A DNA stretch of 64,000 nucleotides, taken from the NCBI GenBank assembly GCA_022394775.1, contig JAGFCB010000014.1, positions 7,715-71,714 of the forward strand. The letters run 5' to 3'. A model generated the notes under the pieces. The model was not told the DNA's origin. It saw only the letters and a list, made by a program, of their open reading frames with translations, and made no database searches. Source of the stretch: Candidatus Poribacteria bacterium. GTDB taxonomy: Bacteria; Poribacteria; WGA-4E; WGA-3G. Shown piece after piece: positions 1 to 9,152 of this stretch (within the stretch, counting starts at the first letter, position 1; each line of letters begins with the position of its first letter). Made by a program: the position numbers and the translations under genes.

Positions 1-339
1 CTCCGATCCCTTGATTTACCGCTCTGTGGATATTCTGGATTAATGCTCCCTGTTCTTGAGGATGTCGGTTTAGGACAACGCAGTGAAGCAGGCTATTTTA
101 ATCTTGACAGCCTCCTCCTCTATTCTTCTGTCTGCGGTACGGGTTTGGATACAATTCCGATACCCGGCAACGCTTCGACATCCCAGATTGCCGCCATTCT
201 TGCTGACGTTGCCGCGCTTTCTACACAGTTAAGCAAACCGCTATCCGTACGCCTTTTTCCAGTCCCCGGATGCAACGCAGACTGTCTGACAGAATTTGAT
301 TCCCCTTATCTAACAAATACCACTGTAATGCAGATATAG
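1..339 (+). CDS. C-terminal fragment of a UPF0210/DUF711-like protein; 5' end lies outside the window
   Basis: The frame is open from base 1. The motif SVCGTGLDTIPIPG...ILADVAAL...KPLSVRLFPVPG resembles the conserved C-terminus of the UPF0210 family. Recalled from memory, not searched. Confidence 0.4.
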   Translation, partial: LRSLDLPLCGYSGLMLPVLEDVGLGQRSEAGYFNLDSLLLYSSVCGTGLDTIPIPGNASTSQIAAILADVAALSTQLSKPLSVRLFPVPGCNADCLTEFDSPYLTNTTVMQI

Positions 340-443
340 TGCTTTACAAGTTCAATCTGCTTCCTAACCGCACCCCCAGGCCCGGTAGGTTTGGTTTCCT
401 AACCGAACCGGATCCTTAAAAAAAGATGTGAAACCCAATAATC

Positions 444-702
444 TTAGGACTTACGCACTTCCTCTCAAAGTCCCCCTGATAAGGGGATTTAGGGGGTTAA
501 ACAACTAAAATCGCTACTTTTTCGGTGGAATATATCGCTTTTGGACACGATCTGCGTAAGTCCTAAATCTCTTAAAATTTAGGACTTACCGATGATGGTC
601 TTTTGTACCACAAACTTCCAGTTTGTGCTATCAGAAATGCTGTATAATCAGAAAAGTTTCATCTAACAAAACCGTCCACAGCCAAAATTGCGTAAGTCCT
701 GA
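444..702. repeat. Two adjacent MITE/REP-like elements bounded by TAGGACTTACGCA / TGCGTAAGTCCTAA inverted repeats. The first (444-566) carries the core CCTCTCAAAGTCCCCCTGATAAGGGGATTTAGGGGGTT; the second (579-702) carries a different core.
   Basis: TIR copies lie at 444-457, 553-566, 579-590 and 689-702. The same TIRs and cores recur at 12750, 22659, 29028, 40403 and 61749. Confidence 0.7.
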
Positions 703-844
703 AATTGAATAGCACTGCATTACTGAGCTTTTTCCTTGCTAATTGTCAAATCTTCTGATAAAATGATGCACATTCTTCTTGTAGGAGTGACCTTCGCTAA
801 CGCTTTGCTGATGACTAACAACTGAATACTTCTGGCTAAAAGGA

Positions 845-2308
845 ATGACTATGGCTGATAAACCACACGTTCTGCTCATCTCAACTGACCATTGGCCCAA
901 CTCACTTTTAGGTGTCAGTGGACATCCCGCCATCCAAACACCGACGCTGGACACGCTCGCACGAGCGGGCACCCGCTTCACGCGCGGATACAGCGAATGC
1001 CCCGTCTGTGTCCCCGCACGAAAAACCTTGATGACCGGCGCAACAACACGTACCCACAAAGACCGCGTTTTCAACGATCGAAAGGGAATAGACGGACTGC
1101 CGACAATTGCACAGACGTTTCGCAATGCCGGATATCAGGCTTACGCCGTTGGCAAGCTGCACGTCTATCCCCAACGGGACCGCATCGGATTTGACGATGT
1201 ACTGTTAGGTGAGGAAGGCAGGTTACAATACGGCGCGATTGACGACTATGAACTCTTCCTCGGCGATAGAGGCTATGCCGGTCAGCAATTCGCGCACGGG
1301 ATGTGTAATAACGATTACCTCAACCGTCCTTGGCATCTCCCCGAGGATTGTCACGTTACGAACTGGAGCACCCAACAGATGGTACGGATGATTAAACGCC
1401 GAGACCCAACCCGTCCCGGATTCTGGTTCCTCTCCTATTGCCATCCACATCCACCTTTAGCACCGCTCCAGTGTTATATGGACATGTATCGCAACATCGA
1501 CGTGGATATGCCCTATTACGGCGAATGGGCACAGCAGAACGAGGACCTCCCGCTACCGATAAAAGGACGGCAGAAACAGGACGAACAGTTTAATGAAGAC
1601 CTCGTCCGTTCGGCACGTCAAGCCTTTTACGCGCTTTGCACGCACATCGACCATCAGTTACGGGTCGTTATCGGCACGCTACGGGAGGAAGGCTTATTGA
1701 ACAACACCATTCTGCTGTTCACATCCGATCACGGCGATATGCTCGGTAATCATCGGATGTGGGCAAAACGGCTCTACTATGAAGATTCTGCCAACGTCCC
1801 GATGATTCTCGTTGGCACCGCAGGCGATGAACGCGTAGGACATCACAACGTCGATGATCGGCTCGTCGGATGGCAAGATGTGATGCCGACGCTCCTCCAC
1901 CTCGCAGGAATTGACATCCCAGATACCGTGGACGGGATACCGATGGTAGGCGACGAAAAACGAGAGTGGTTATATGGCGAATGTGGCGAAGGCGGAAGTG
2001 CGACCCGAATGATTCATGACGGACGCTTCAAACTCATCTACTACGCCACCGGTAACTACCGGCAACTCTTCGATCTGGAAGAAGATCCACGTGAACTAAA
2101 CGACCTCGCTGGTTCATCTGCACACGCCGAAATCCTTGAGCGATTGACAGGTCTCCTTATCGGTGAACTCTACGGCAGCGACGAAAAATGGATAGAAGAC
2201 GGAAAACTCGTCGGTTTACCCGACCGCGAGTACCGACCTTCAGCAAACCGAGCCTTATCGGGCCAACGCGGACTCCACTGGCCCCCACAGCCATCTGTAG
2301 GTCGTTAG
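845..2308 (+). CDS. Arylsulfatase (formylglycine-dependent sulfatase family)
   Basis: Sulfatase signature C-V-P-A-R-KTLMTG (CxPxR), LLISTDHWP, FTSDHGDMLGNH. An ATG at 851 has better RBS spacing (AAAGGA) and is probably the true start. Confidence 0.85.
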   Translation: MTMADKPHVLLISTDHWPNSLLGVSGHPAIQTPTLDTLARAGTRFTRGYSECPVCVPARKTLMTGATTRTHKDRVFNDRKGIDGLPTIAQTFRNAGYQAYAVGKLHVYPQRDRIGFDDVLLGEEGRLQYGAIDDYELFLGDRGYAGQQFAHGMCNNDYLNRPWHLPEDCHVTNWSTQQMVRMIKRRDPTRPGFWFLSYCHPHPPLAPLQCYMDMYRNIDVDMPYYGEWAQQNEDLPLPIKGRQKQDEQFNEDLVRSARQAFYALCTHIDHQLRVVIGTLREEGLLNNTILLFTSDHGDMLGNHRMWAKRLYYEDSANVPMILVGTAGDERVGHHNVDDRLVGWQDVMPTLLHLAGIDIPDTVDGIPMVGDEKREWLYGECGEGGSATRMIHDGRFKLIYYATGNYRQLFDLEEDPRELNDLAGSSAHAEILERLTGLLIGELYGSDEKWIEDGKLVGLPDREYRPSANRALSGQRGLHWPPQPSVGR

Positions 2309-2326
2309 GTAAAACTTATGAAAACC

Positions 2327-2355
2327 TTGACAAAATTTCAGAAAACGATTATATT
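2327..2355 (+). promoter_or_regulatory. Sigma70-like promoter: TTGACA, 17 nt spacer, TATATT
   Basis: -35 at 2327-2332 and -10 at 2350-2355, upstream of the STAS gene. Confidence 0.45.
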
Positions 2356-2436
2356 ATTTAAGGGAATATCTTCGTTAGGGCGTAACTCGCAAGCCCGTAT
2401 ATGTTAATTGTGCGACTAACCATGAAAGGAAAATAG

Positions 2437-2790
2437 ATGTTAGCAGAAATACGTCAAAGAGAAGGGGTCATTGTTATCCGACCCACCGGACGCATGATCG
2501 GTGCAGCAAACGCTGAAATCCGAGAACAGATTAATGAGGAACTCGAGGAGCATTTCGATTCTCCAAAAGTTATCTTTAACCTTGAGAATGTCACCCGTAT
2601 GGACAGTAGTGGACTCGGCACGCTTGTCTCTGTGAACGTGACGGTCTCTCGTAAAGGCGGACGGACAGCACTCGTCAATGCCGGTGCGCATATCCGTAAC
2701 CTGCTCATCCTCGGCCGCTTAATGACCGTTTTTGAGACTTACAACAGCGAAGAAGAGGGAATCCTCGCGCTAACCTCTGAGGAGAGTTAA
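2437..2790 (+). CDS. Anti-sigma factor antagonist (STAS domain, SpoIIAA-like)
   Basis: STAS-like segment VIVIRPTGRMIGAANAEIREQINEEL...MDSSGLGTLVSV. RBS GAAAGGAAAA lies upstream. No partner kinase or phosphatase gene is adjacent. Confidence 0.7.
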   Translation: MLAEIRQREGVIVIRPTGRMIGAANAEIREQINEELEEHFDSPKVIFNLENVTRMDSSGLGTLVSVNVTVSRKGGRTALVNAGAHIRNLLILGRLMTVFETYNSEEEGILALTSEES

Positions 2791-2924
2791 TGCGCGCGAT
2801 AGAGCCATTTAGTTCCCTGTTGACGAGACTGTAGTTAAGACTGAATGGCTCCGATAACACGGAGCCATACCCTTCGTTCCTACGCGAATTTTTGAGAGAA
2901 ACCAAGATACGGAAAAGGAAATTT

Positions 2925-4079
2925 ATGGCAAATCAGAACCTCCCAACGTTTACTGTTGATGCTGGCTTCCATGACCGAGACGGATGTCCGGTCAGTGTCA
3001 GTGTTGACCATCCCGACATTAGCCAACTTCACGATCATGCCGTCACATTAACAGATACGGCATCTAATAATACCATCTCAGCACAATGCTTCGCTGACGA
3101 GGATGGCGGCACAACCTTAAATTGGATACTCGATGGACTCGCCGCTGGTGAATCGCGTTCCTATACCCTTTCAGAAGGAGGCGTTGCTGGCGAATCAGGC
3201 GTTCAGCTAAACGAAGAAGCCGAAACTATCGCCGTCACGCTCAATGACCGACACTTTACAACATTTCGCTATGCTAAAACACAATTCCGTCCCTATTTTT
3301 TCCCTGTCCTCGGTCCCGATGGACGCGAAGTAACGCGTGGTGAAACAAGCGAGGTCTCGAAAGACCACGTGCATCACCGTTCCCTCTACGTCGCCTATGG
3401 CGAGGTTAATGACGTGGATCTATGGGGTGAAGGCAGCAATTCCGGAAGAGTTGTGCATCAAAACTTCACACAGAAACAAGGGGGGGCTGTCGTCGGTCGG
3501 ATTTATACACAAAATAATTGGGAGACGCAAGCTGGTGATGTCTTAATGGCAGACAAGCAGAACTTCCGAATCTATAACCTCCCCGAAGACGCTGCGCTTA
3601 TCGACTTAGATCTCAGTTTTATTGCCTCAACTGGCGACGTTCATTTCGGAGATACCAAAGAAGGCGGTATCATGTCAATCCGTGTCCATCCCTCAATGAA
3701 CGCTTCAGATGGCGGAAAGATAGAGAACGCTTTCGGTGGAATCAATGAGGCTGAAACTTGGGGGAAACGGGCAAACTGGTGTGATTATTCGGGTGTAGTT
3801 GATGGAACACCTGTTGGTCTCGCTGTATTCGATCATATCGTCAATCCACGCTATCCGACATATTGGCACGTCCGTAACTACGGGTTAATGGGAAGCAACA
3901 TCTTCGGCGGCGGCACTTTTGAAAAAGACCCTGCTAAAGACGGTTCCTATACACTCAAGCAGGGTGAAGAGATGCACTTCCGGTTCCGTGTCCTGATCCA
4001 TGCAGGCGATGCCACTGTTGGAAAGGTATCACAGAAATACCACGATTTCATCAATCCGCCTGCTGTTGAGGTTTCCTGA
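2925..4079 (+). CDS. Hypothetical protein, possibly PmoA-like (DUF6807) family
   Basis: The ATG at 2925 follows RBS AAAAGGAAA; the ORF-track start at 2892 is a TTG. Contains a DHVHHRSLY motif. This family is commonly adjacent to Gfo/Idh/MocA oxidoreductases, but the family assignment is from memory only. Confidence 0.4.
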   Translation: MANQNLPTFTVDAGFHDRDGCPVSVSVDHPDISQLHDHAVTLTDTASNNTISAQCFADEDGGTTLNWILDGLAAGESRSYTLSEGGVAGESGVQLNEEAETIAVTLNDRHFTTFRYAKTQFRPYFFPVLGPDGREVTRGETSEVSKDHVHHRSLYVAYGEVNDVDLWGEGSNSGRVVHQNFTQKQGGAVVGRIYTQNNWETQAGDVLMADKQNFRIYNLPEDAALIDLDLSFIASTGDVHFGDTKEGGIMSIRVHPSMNASDGGKIENAFGGINEAETWGKRANWCDYSGVVDGTPVGLAVFDHIVNPRYPTYWHVRNYGLMGSNIFGGGTFEKDPAKDGSYTLKQGEEMHFRFRVLIHAGDATVGKVSQKYHDFINPPAVEVS

Positions 4080-4113
4080 TCGTAAGCGCATACCAAATCA
4101 AGGAGATTCACGA

Positions 4114-5181
4114 ATGCCTATCCCAACGATTCATGTGGGATGTACTCATTTCGCGCACGGCCGTCTACAAGCACAGATCAACTCACACGGGTTAGAACCT
4201 GTCGCCTGTGTAGACATCGATCTTGAAGCCGCACGGGAAGGGGTAGCATCAATAGATGGTGCCCCTGAAGGCTTGGCGGAACGTATCTATACCACCATAA
4301 CCGAGGCGAAAGAGAAACACGACGCACAGGCTTGCCTTATCTATGCCTCCACAACCGTTCACGCCAAGTTAATCGTCGAAAGCCTGAACCTCGGTATGCA
4401 TACCCTCTGTGTCAAACCGATCGCGACAACACAGGCAGAATTCCACGACATTATTCGGGCACATAAAGCGAATCCGGGTTTAATGCTCGTGCAAGGGCAG
4501 AACAAACGCTGGAACCCAGCCGCCGCAAAAATGCGTGAATGGCTCCGCGAAGATGGTGGTATCGGTGAAATGTTAGCCGGTGAATGTCGATTCTGGATCC
4601 GACAAAATCTATATACCGGCCCCGATTCCCGACAACCGGACGCTTATGTGGATGGGCTCTTTTTCCATGCGGGCTGCAGCCATCAACTCGATCAACTTGT
4701 TGCTGCGAAGGGGCTCCCTAAATACGTTACAGCGCATGTCCATAACCGTCGAGATCCTGAACTTGGGCAAATTGATGCTTGGGGAACCGCCGGTGGCAAC
4801 GCACTCATGGAATACGCAAACGGCGCACCTTTCTCTTATGCCGGAACGCGGGCAGGACATACCGGACCCTTCGGGTGGAGTGGCAGCTGGAGTTTTCACG
4901 GTGAAGATGGGGACCTCCGACGAGACGCGGGACATCTCCAGCTTTTCCAACTCGGCGAAACCATTGAAGATTTAAACCTCCAAGATCTACACGCAGGACT
5001 CATAGAGGACGATCGACTCCAATTCGATGCCTTCGCGCAAGCGATCGCTAACGGCACCGATCGAGACTGGGTGCAGGACACGACCCTCGGTACATGGATA
5101 CTGATGGAAGCCTGTAACGAATCCGCGAGAACACACACCCGCGTTGATGTCGAAGCGTTCGCTAAGAAGATGCTTGCTTAA
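4114..5181 (+). CDS. Gfo/Idh/MocA family oxidoreductase
   Basis: The ATG at 4114 follows RBS AAGGAG. Motif HAKLIVESLNLGMHTLCVKP matches the family's H...AL.AGKHVLCEKP. The 4000 start in the ORF track would overlap the previous gene. Confidence 0.7.
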   Translation: MPIPTIHVGCTHFAHGRLQAQINSHGLEPVACVDIDLEAAREGVASIDGAPEGLAERIYTTITEAKEKHDAQACLIYASTTVHAKLIVESLNLGMHTLCVKPIATTQAEFHDIIRAHKANPGLMLVQGQNKRWNPAAAKMREWLREDGGIGEMLAGECRFWIRQNLYTGPDSRQPDAYVDGLFFHAGCSHQLDQLVAAKGLPKYVTAHVHNRRDPELGQIDAWGTAGGNALMEYANGAPFSYAGTRAGHTGPFGWSGSWSFHGEDGDLRRDAGHLQLFQLGETIEDLNLQDLHAGLIEDDRLQFDAFAQAIANGTDRDWVQDTTLGTWILMEACNESARTHTRVDVEAFAKKMLA

Positions 5182-6457
5182 ATCCTGCCGGAGGTTTCAA
5201 ATAAGATTTTTTGCCTTAATTTTTGTTGCCGTGCTTAGTACAACAATACTCATTGGGTGTGAAAGGCAACTTATACCACCGATAGATCCGACGGATCCAT
5301 CGCAAACAGCCTCACAATTGGCACAAAAAGCACTGTCAGACCTTGCGGACACCGCTGCTAAACGTGGATTTGTTGATCTTGCTAACGCTGCAAATGAAGT
5401 CGCAGAAGTCCTTACAGTAGAACAGGAACAAGAAACAACAGGAATAGCATTCTTGAAACTTTATCAGGAAGCATACACTTTACAAGATGCATTTGTTTTA
5501 GCAAGCTGCGGGATAACATTGGATGGGTTTTCTATGGTGTCCATGCGTGCAGCAGAGATATACATAACAGATCCATACTTAACAGAATTAGCTATGGAAC
5601 CGAGTGACAGGGAACAGGTATTGGAAAACCTTGCGCAAGAAGCATTGAATGCAGGAACGATATTGCGGCAGTTTCCTGCAGAGAACGCTTTTATTCCCTT
5701 TGCTTTCGGGTACAAGCCGTCCAGCTATCTTCCTTCAGGCACTGGGATAGTATACTTTCAGTCGTGCAACAACGAAATACTCATAAATTATGACGAAACA
5801 ATTCGGCTAGTGTTTATAACGCGGGCAGCTGTAGTTGAGTTTCTGACTCTCAAAGGATACGCGATGGTGCAAGAGGAATTATCATTTACTAATTATAAGT
5901 TTATAGATTTAAATAATTATGAGTTTATAGACTTAAATGCGGATGTTAATCCATATTCTATTAGGGAAGAATTACTCTCTATCCCCGGTGTTGCGAGAAT
6001 AAGTATCTGTGGGGATGAATACATTCCCGGACCTCCTGTCACAGTAGAAGAACCGACCTTCGATGCACAACCATTTTTTATTATCGTAGACCGGATAAGG
6101 GCAAGATACAATGAAGCTTGGTGTCAAGGCAACTTTGACATAATAGACAGTATCTTAATTGAAGAAAGCAGGGTGGATTTCTTTAATTATTCCTTCGTCC
6201 GCAACCTTGCAGATATCTATGCAGAAGAAATTCCGGAGGCTGCAGAACGTATCCGGACAAATGGTTTTTCCCTTCACAGTATAGCAGTGGCGTTTCTTTA
6301 TATCTATTCTCGGCATTCAGAGAAAAGTCATGAAGATATTACTGAACTCTTCCGACAATCCATCAGAGATGGATATGTGACTATAGAGCATTTTAGAGGT
6401 GGAACAATTTTAAATAATCTACACATTGAGGCACCAAGCATCCCAATCATTCAGTGA
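5144..6457 (+). CDS. Hypothetical lipoprotein with an internal tandem peptide repeat
   Basis: N-terminal signal with lipobox: RRFQIRFFALIFVAVLSTTILIGC. Repeat NYKFIDLN/NYEFIDLN. Markedly AT-rich relative to its neighbours. The true start is uncertain because the annotated ATG overlaps the previous gene. Confidence 0.5.
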   Translation: MMSKRSLRRCLLKSCRRFQIRFFALIFVAVLSTTILIGCERQLIPPIDPTDPSQTASQLAQKALSDLADTAAKRGFVDLANAANEVAEVLTVEQEQETTGIAFLKLYQEAYTLQDAFVLASCGITLDGFSMVSMRAAEIYITDPYLTELAMEPSDREQVLENLAQEALNAGTILRQFPAENAFIPFAFGYKPSSYLPSGTGIVYFQSCNNEILINYDETIRLVFITRAAVVEFLTLKGYAMVQEELSFTNYKFIDLNNYEFIDLNADVNPYSIREELLSIPGVARISICGDEYIPGPPVTVEEPTFDAQPFFIIVDRIRARYNEAWCQGNFDIIDSILIEESRVDFFNYSFVRNLADIYAEEIPEAAERIRTNGFSLHSIAVAFLYIYSRHSEKSHEDITELFRQSIRDGYVTIEHFRGGTILNNLHIEAPSIPIIQ

Positions 6458-6472
6458 ATAATGGAGGCTAAA

Positions 6473-8101
6473 ATGCAAACACCACACGGCTCAGCGTTTC
6501 GTCCATCTGTGATGGGTAGGAACGGGATGGTTACTTCTGGACACGTCCTCGCTTCGCAGGCAGGCATCCAGACAATGATGGCAGGAGGGAACGCCGTTGA
6601 TGCGGCTATCGCCACTGCTGCAGCACTCGGTATGGTTGAACCTGCTGGCTCTGGGGTCGGTGGCGATGGCTTTATCCTTATCTATTGGGCGGAAACCGGG
6701 CAGGTCGAGGCAGTAAATGGGACTGGACCGGCACCTCGCGCCGCAACTCGGGAAACCTATCTCAAGGACGGTGGAATCCCGATGAAAGGCATACGGAGTG
6801 TTTCTGTACCAGGAATCGTTGACGCATGGCTCCTCGCACATGAACGCTATGGGGCACTCAAATTAGAAGATGTTTTCGCGCCTGCAATTTCGCTCTGCGA
6901 AGAGGGGTTTCCTGTCAGCCACAGGCTCGCTGGTGGACTTAGAGGTGAAAACCCACGTTTCGCCGCCGAACCAGACAGCCGCGCTATCTTTACAAACGAT
7001 GGTGAACCTATCCCCGCCGGTCAGTTCATCGCCAACCCGAATCTCGGCACAACACTCCGGAAGATCGCAAAACACGGCAGAGATGTGTTCTACAAGGGTG
7101 AAATCGCTAAGGCTATCGGTGAATTCAGCCGTGCCTACGATGGACTCCTAACCGCTGAAGATCTTGCTGATTTCCACGCACACTGGGCTGAACCGATCCA
7201 TGTCAATTACCGCGGATACGAAGTCTACGAGATGCCGCCTAATTCGAGCGGGCATATCTTGCTTCAAGAATTGAATATGGTTGAGTTATTCGATTTGCAA
7301 GCCTTAGGATGCAATACCGCTGAAAGCGTGCATCTGATGGTTGAAGCGAAAAAACTCGCCTTCGCTGACCGTGAAAAATATATGGCAGACCCAGAATGGG
7401 TGGATGTACCTATAGAAGGCATGTTATCCAAATCTTACGCCGCCGAACAAGCAGACCGTATCGACTTAGACAAGGCTGCTTTTGATGTTCCGGCTGGTGG
7501 ACCAGAAGCACACGAAGATACAACCTGTTTCTGTACCGCGGACCGGGCAGGGAATCTCGTTTGTATACTACAGAGTATCCAATCCGGGTTCGGCTCCAGT
7601 TTGGTTGCAGGAGACACAGGGGTCCTTTTAAACAATCGTATGACCTATTGGCATCTCGAAGAAGAACACCCGAACTGCTTAATGCCGGGCAAACGCGTCC
7701 GACACACCATGAACCCTGTCATCGTCACGAAAGATGGTCAACCCTTCTTAGCTTGTGGCACACCCGGGGCAGATACACAGGTACAGACAAACCTGCAGCT
7801 CGTTACGCATATTGTTGATTTCGGAATGACACCGCAGGAAGCTGTCTCTGCACCGCGTTGGCGCAGCCTACAGAACCCCATGGAATCGACGATTCCGCAT
7901 ACCTGCTCTAATGACCTTCAGTTAGAAAACCGATTCTCTTCGGATACCAAGGACGGATTGGCAGAGAGAGGGCATGAACTCCAAATTTCTGGTGATTGGG
8001 GCGGTCCCGGAAGTGCTCAGGCTATTATGGTTCATCCGGAATCTGGTGCACTCATCGGTGGTTCCGATCCAAGAACAGACGGGTACGCTGTCACTTTTTA
8101 G
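6473..8101 (+). CDS. ggt: Gamma-glutamyltransferase
   Basis: Small-subunit N-terminal nucleophile region HEDTTCFCTADRAGN, GDGFILIY, and an overall Ggt-like layout. The ATG at 6473 follows AATGGAGG. Confidence 0.85.
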   Translation: MQTPHGSAFRPSVMGRNGMVTSGHVLASQAGIQTMMAGGNAVDAAIATAAALGMVEPAGSGVGGDGFILIYWAETGQVEAVNGTGPAPRAATRETYLKDGGIPMKGIRSVSVPGIVDAWLLAHERYGALKLEDVFAPAISLCEEGFPVSHRLAGGLRGENPRFAAEPDSRAIFTNDGEPIPAGQFIANPNLGTTLRKIAKHGRDVFYKGEIAKAIGEFSRAYDGLLTAEDLADFHAHWAEPIHVNYRGYEVYEMPPNSSGHILLQELNMVELFDLQALGCNTAESVHLMVEAKKLAFADREKYMADPEWVDVPIEGMLSKSYAAEQADRIDLDKAAFDVPAGGPEAHEDTTCFCTADRAGNLVCILQSIQSGFGSSLVAGDTGVLLNNRMTYWHLEEEHPNCLMPGKRVRHTMNPVIVTKDGQPFLACGTPGADTQVQTNLQLVTHIVDFGMTPQEAVSAPRWRSLQNPMESTIPHTCSNDLQLENRFSSDTKDGLAERGHELQISGDWGGPGSAQAIMVHPESGALIGGSDPRTDGYAVTF

Positions 8102-8180
8102 AGGAATTGTTTCATTAGGATTTACGCAAACTCCTACTACCACACTATCATTATTGGGCTAAGACCCACGGAGGCTAATT

Positions 8181-9035
8181 GTGAATAGCACCACTGTGAG
8201 AATCATGGCGTACTCGGTTTTTATGATAACCTTTTGTCTTGTAGCACCACAAACTTGGGGGCGTGAGGCTGTTCTTCTTGAAGAAGATTTTGAAGGCGTG
8301 AAACTCGAAGCAAGTATAATGGAACAGGTTAAAGATAAAGACGTTTGGTCAGGCACACCGCCTGAAGGTTGGGAAATTACAAACGAGAACCCTAAAGATC
8401 TCGGTATGCCTGAGTGGAGAACTTGGGCGATTGTTGATCTTGAGTGGTGGACACGAACAGCCGAAGACCAGCGGCGTAGTGAGTTCACCGGAGTCCACAA
8501 TGACGGCAAGGGCAAAGGGAACGGAGCCGTTTCTGATCCTGATGAGTGGGACGATTGGGAGGGAAATGGGGATCCTGATGCCCAGAGTCGTTGGAACGGT
8601 CACTTAATTACGCCACCCATTAAAATCAAAGGCGCAGCAGCAAAATCGCTCGTCTTAACATTGGATTCGAGCTGGCGACCTGAAGATACCCAAAATGGTG
8701 AGATCACAGTGAGTTTCGACGGCGATAAGGAAGAACGAATTCTATTCTTCAAGAGCGTCGGGATTGACGCAGGCGCGCATACCCTTGTTACGATTCCTAC
8801 CCTTAAACTAAAAGAGGAAAAAATAAACGATGGGGAACAGATAAACGAAACATTAGAAATCCCGATCGACAACCCCGCAGGTGCAGCGGAGATGACTATT
8901 AGTTTCGGTGTCGTTGACGCACAGAATGATTGGTGGTGGGCGATAGATAATATAAAACTTATAAGCACTGCCTTTGATGTAGAACCGAGAGATAAATTAG
9001 CAGTGAAATGGGGAGAAATGAAGTCCTTACAATAA
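8181..9035 (+). CDS. Hypothetical secreted protein
   Basis: Signal peptide MAYSVFMITFCLVAPQTWG; acidic, D/W-rich segments. Has a GTG start with GGAGG 7 nt upstream. Confidence 0.5.
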   Translation: MNSTTVRIMAYSVFMITFCLVAPQTWGREAVLLEEDFEGVKLEASIMEQVKDKDVWSGTPPEGWEITNENPKDLGMPEWRTWAIVDLEWWTRTAEDQRRSEFTGVHNDGKGKGNGAVSDPDEWDDWEGNGDPDAQSRWNGHLITPPIKIKGAAAKSLVLTLDSSWRPEDTQNGEITVSFDGDKEERILFFKSVGIDAGAHTLVTIPTLKLKEEKINDGEQINETLEIPIDNPAGAAEMTISFGVVDAQNDWWWAIDNIKLISTAFDVEPRDKLAVKWGEMKSLQ

Positions 9036-9152
9036 CCCCCCTCTATCAAATTGTGAGCAACGCAATATCACTTACAATTTCGCAAATATACGCTAAAAGA
9101 GTGATGCGCTTCCCTCAAGTGTATCGCTCTTTTATGCATTGGAGAAAAATTT

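Noticed and set aside
739-1125. 128-aa minus-strand ORF overlapping the sulfatase start and the MITE region
   Set aside because: It lies antisense to a confidently identified sulfatase and runs through repeat sequence. It has no recognisable motifs.
4000-4113. Upstream extension of the Gfo/Idh/MocA ORF overlapping the previous gene by 80 nt
   Set aside because: The ATG at 4114 has a good RBS (AAGGAG), whereas the extension has no homology features.
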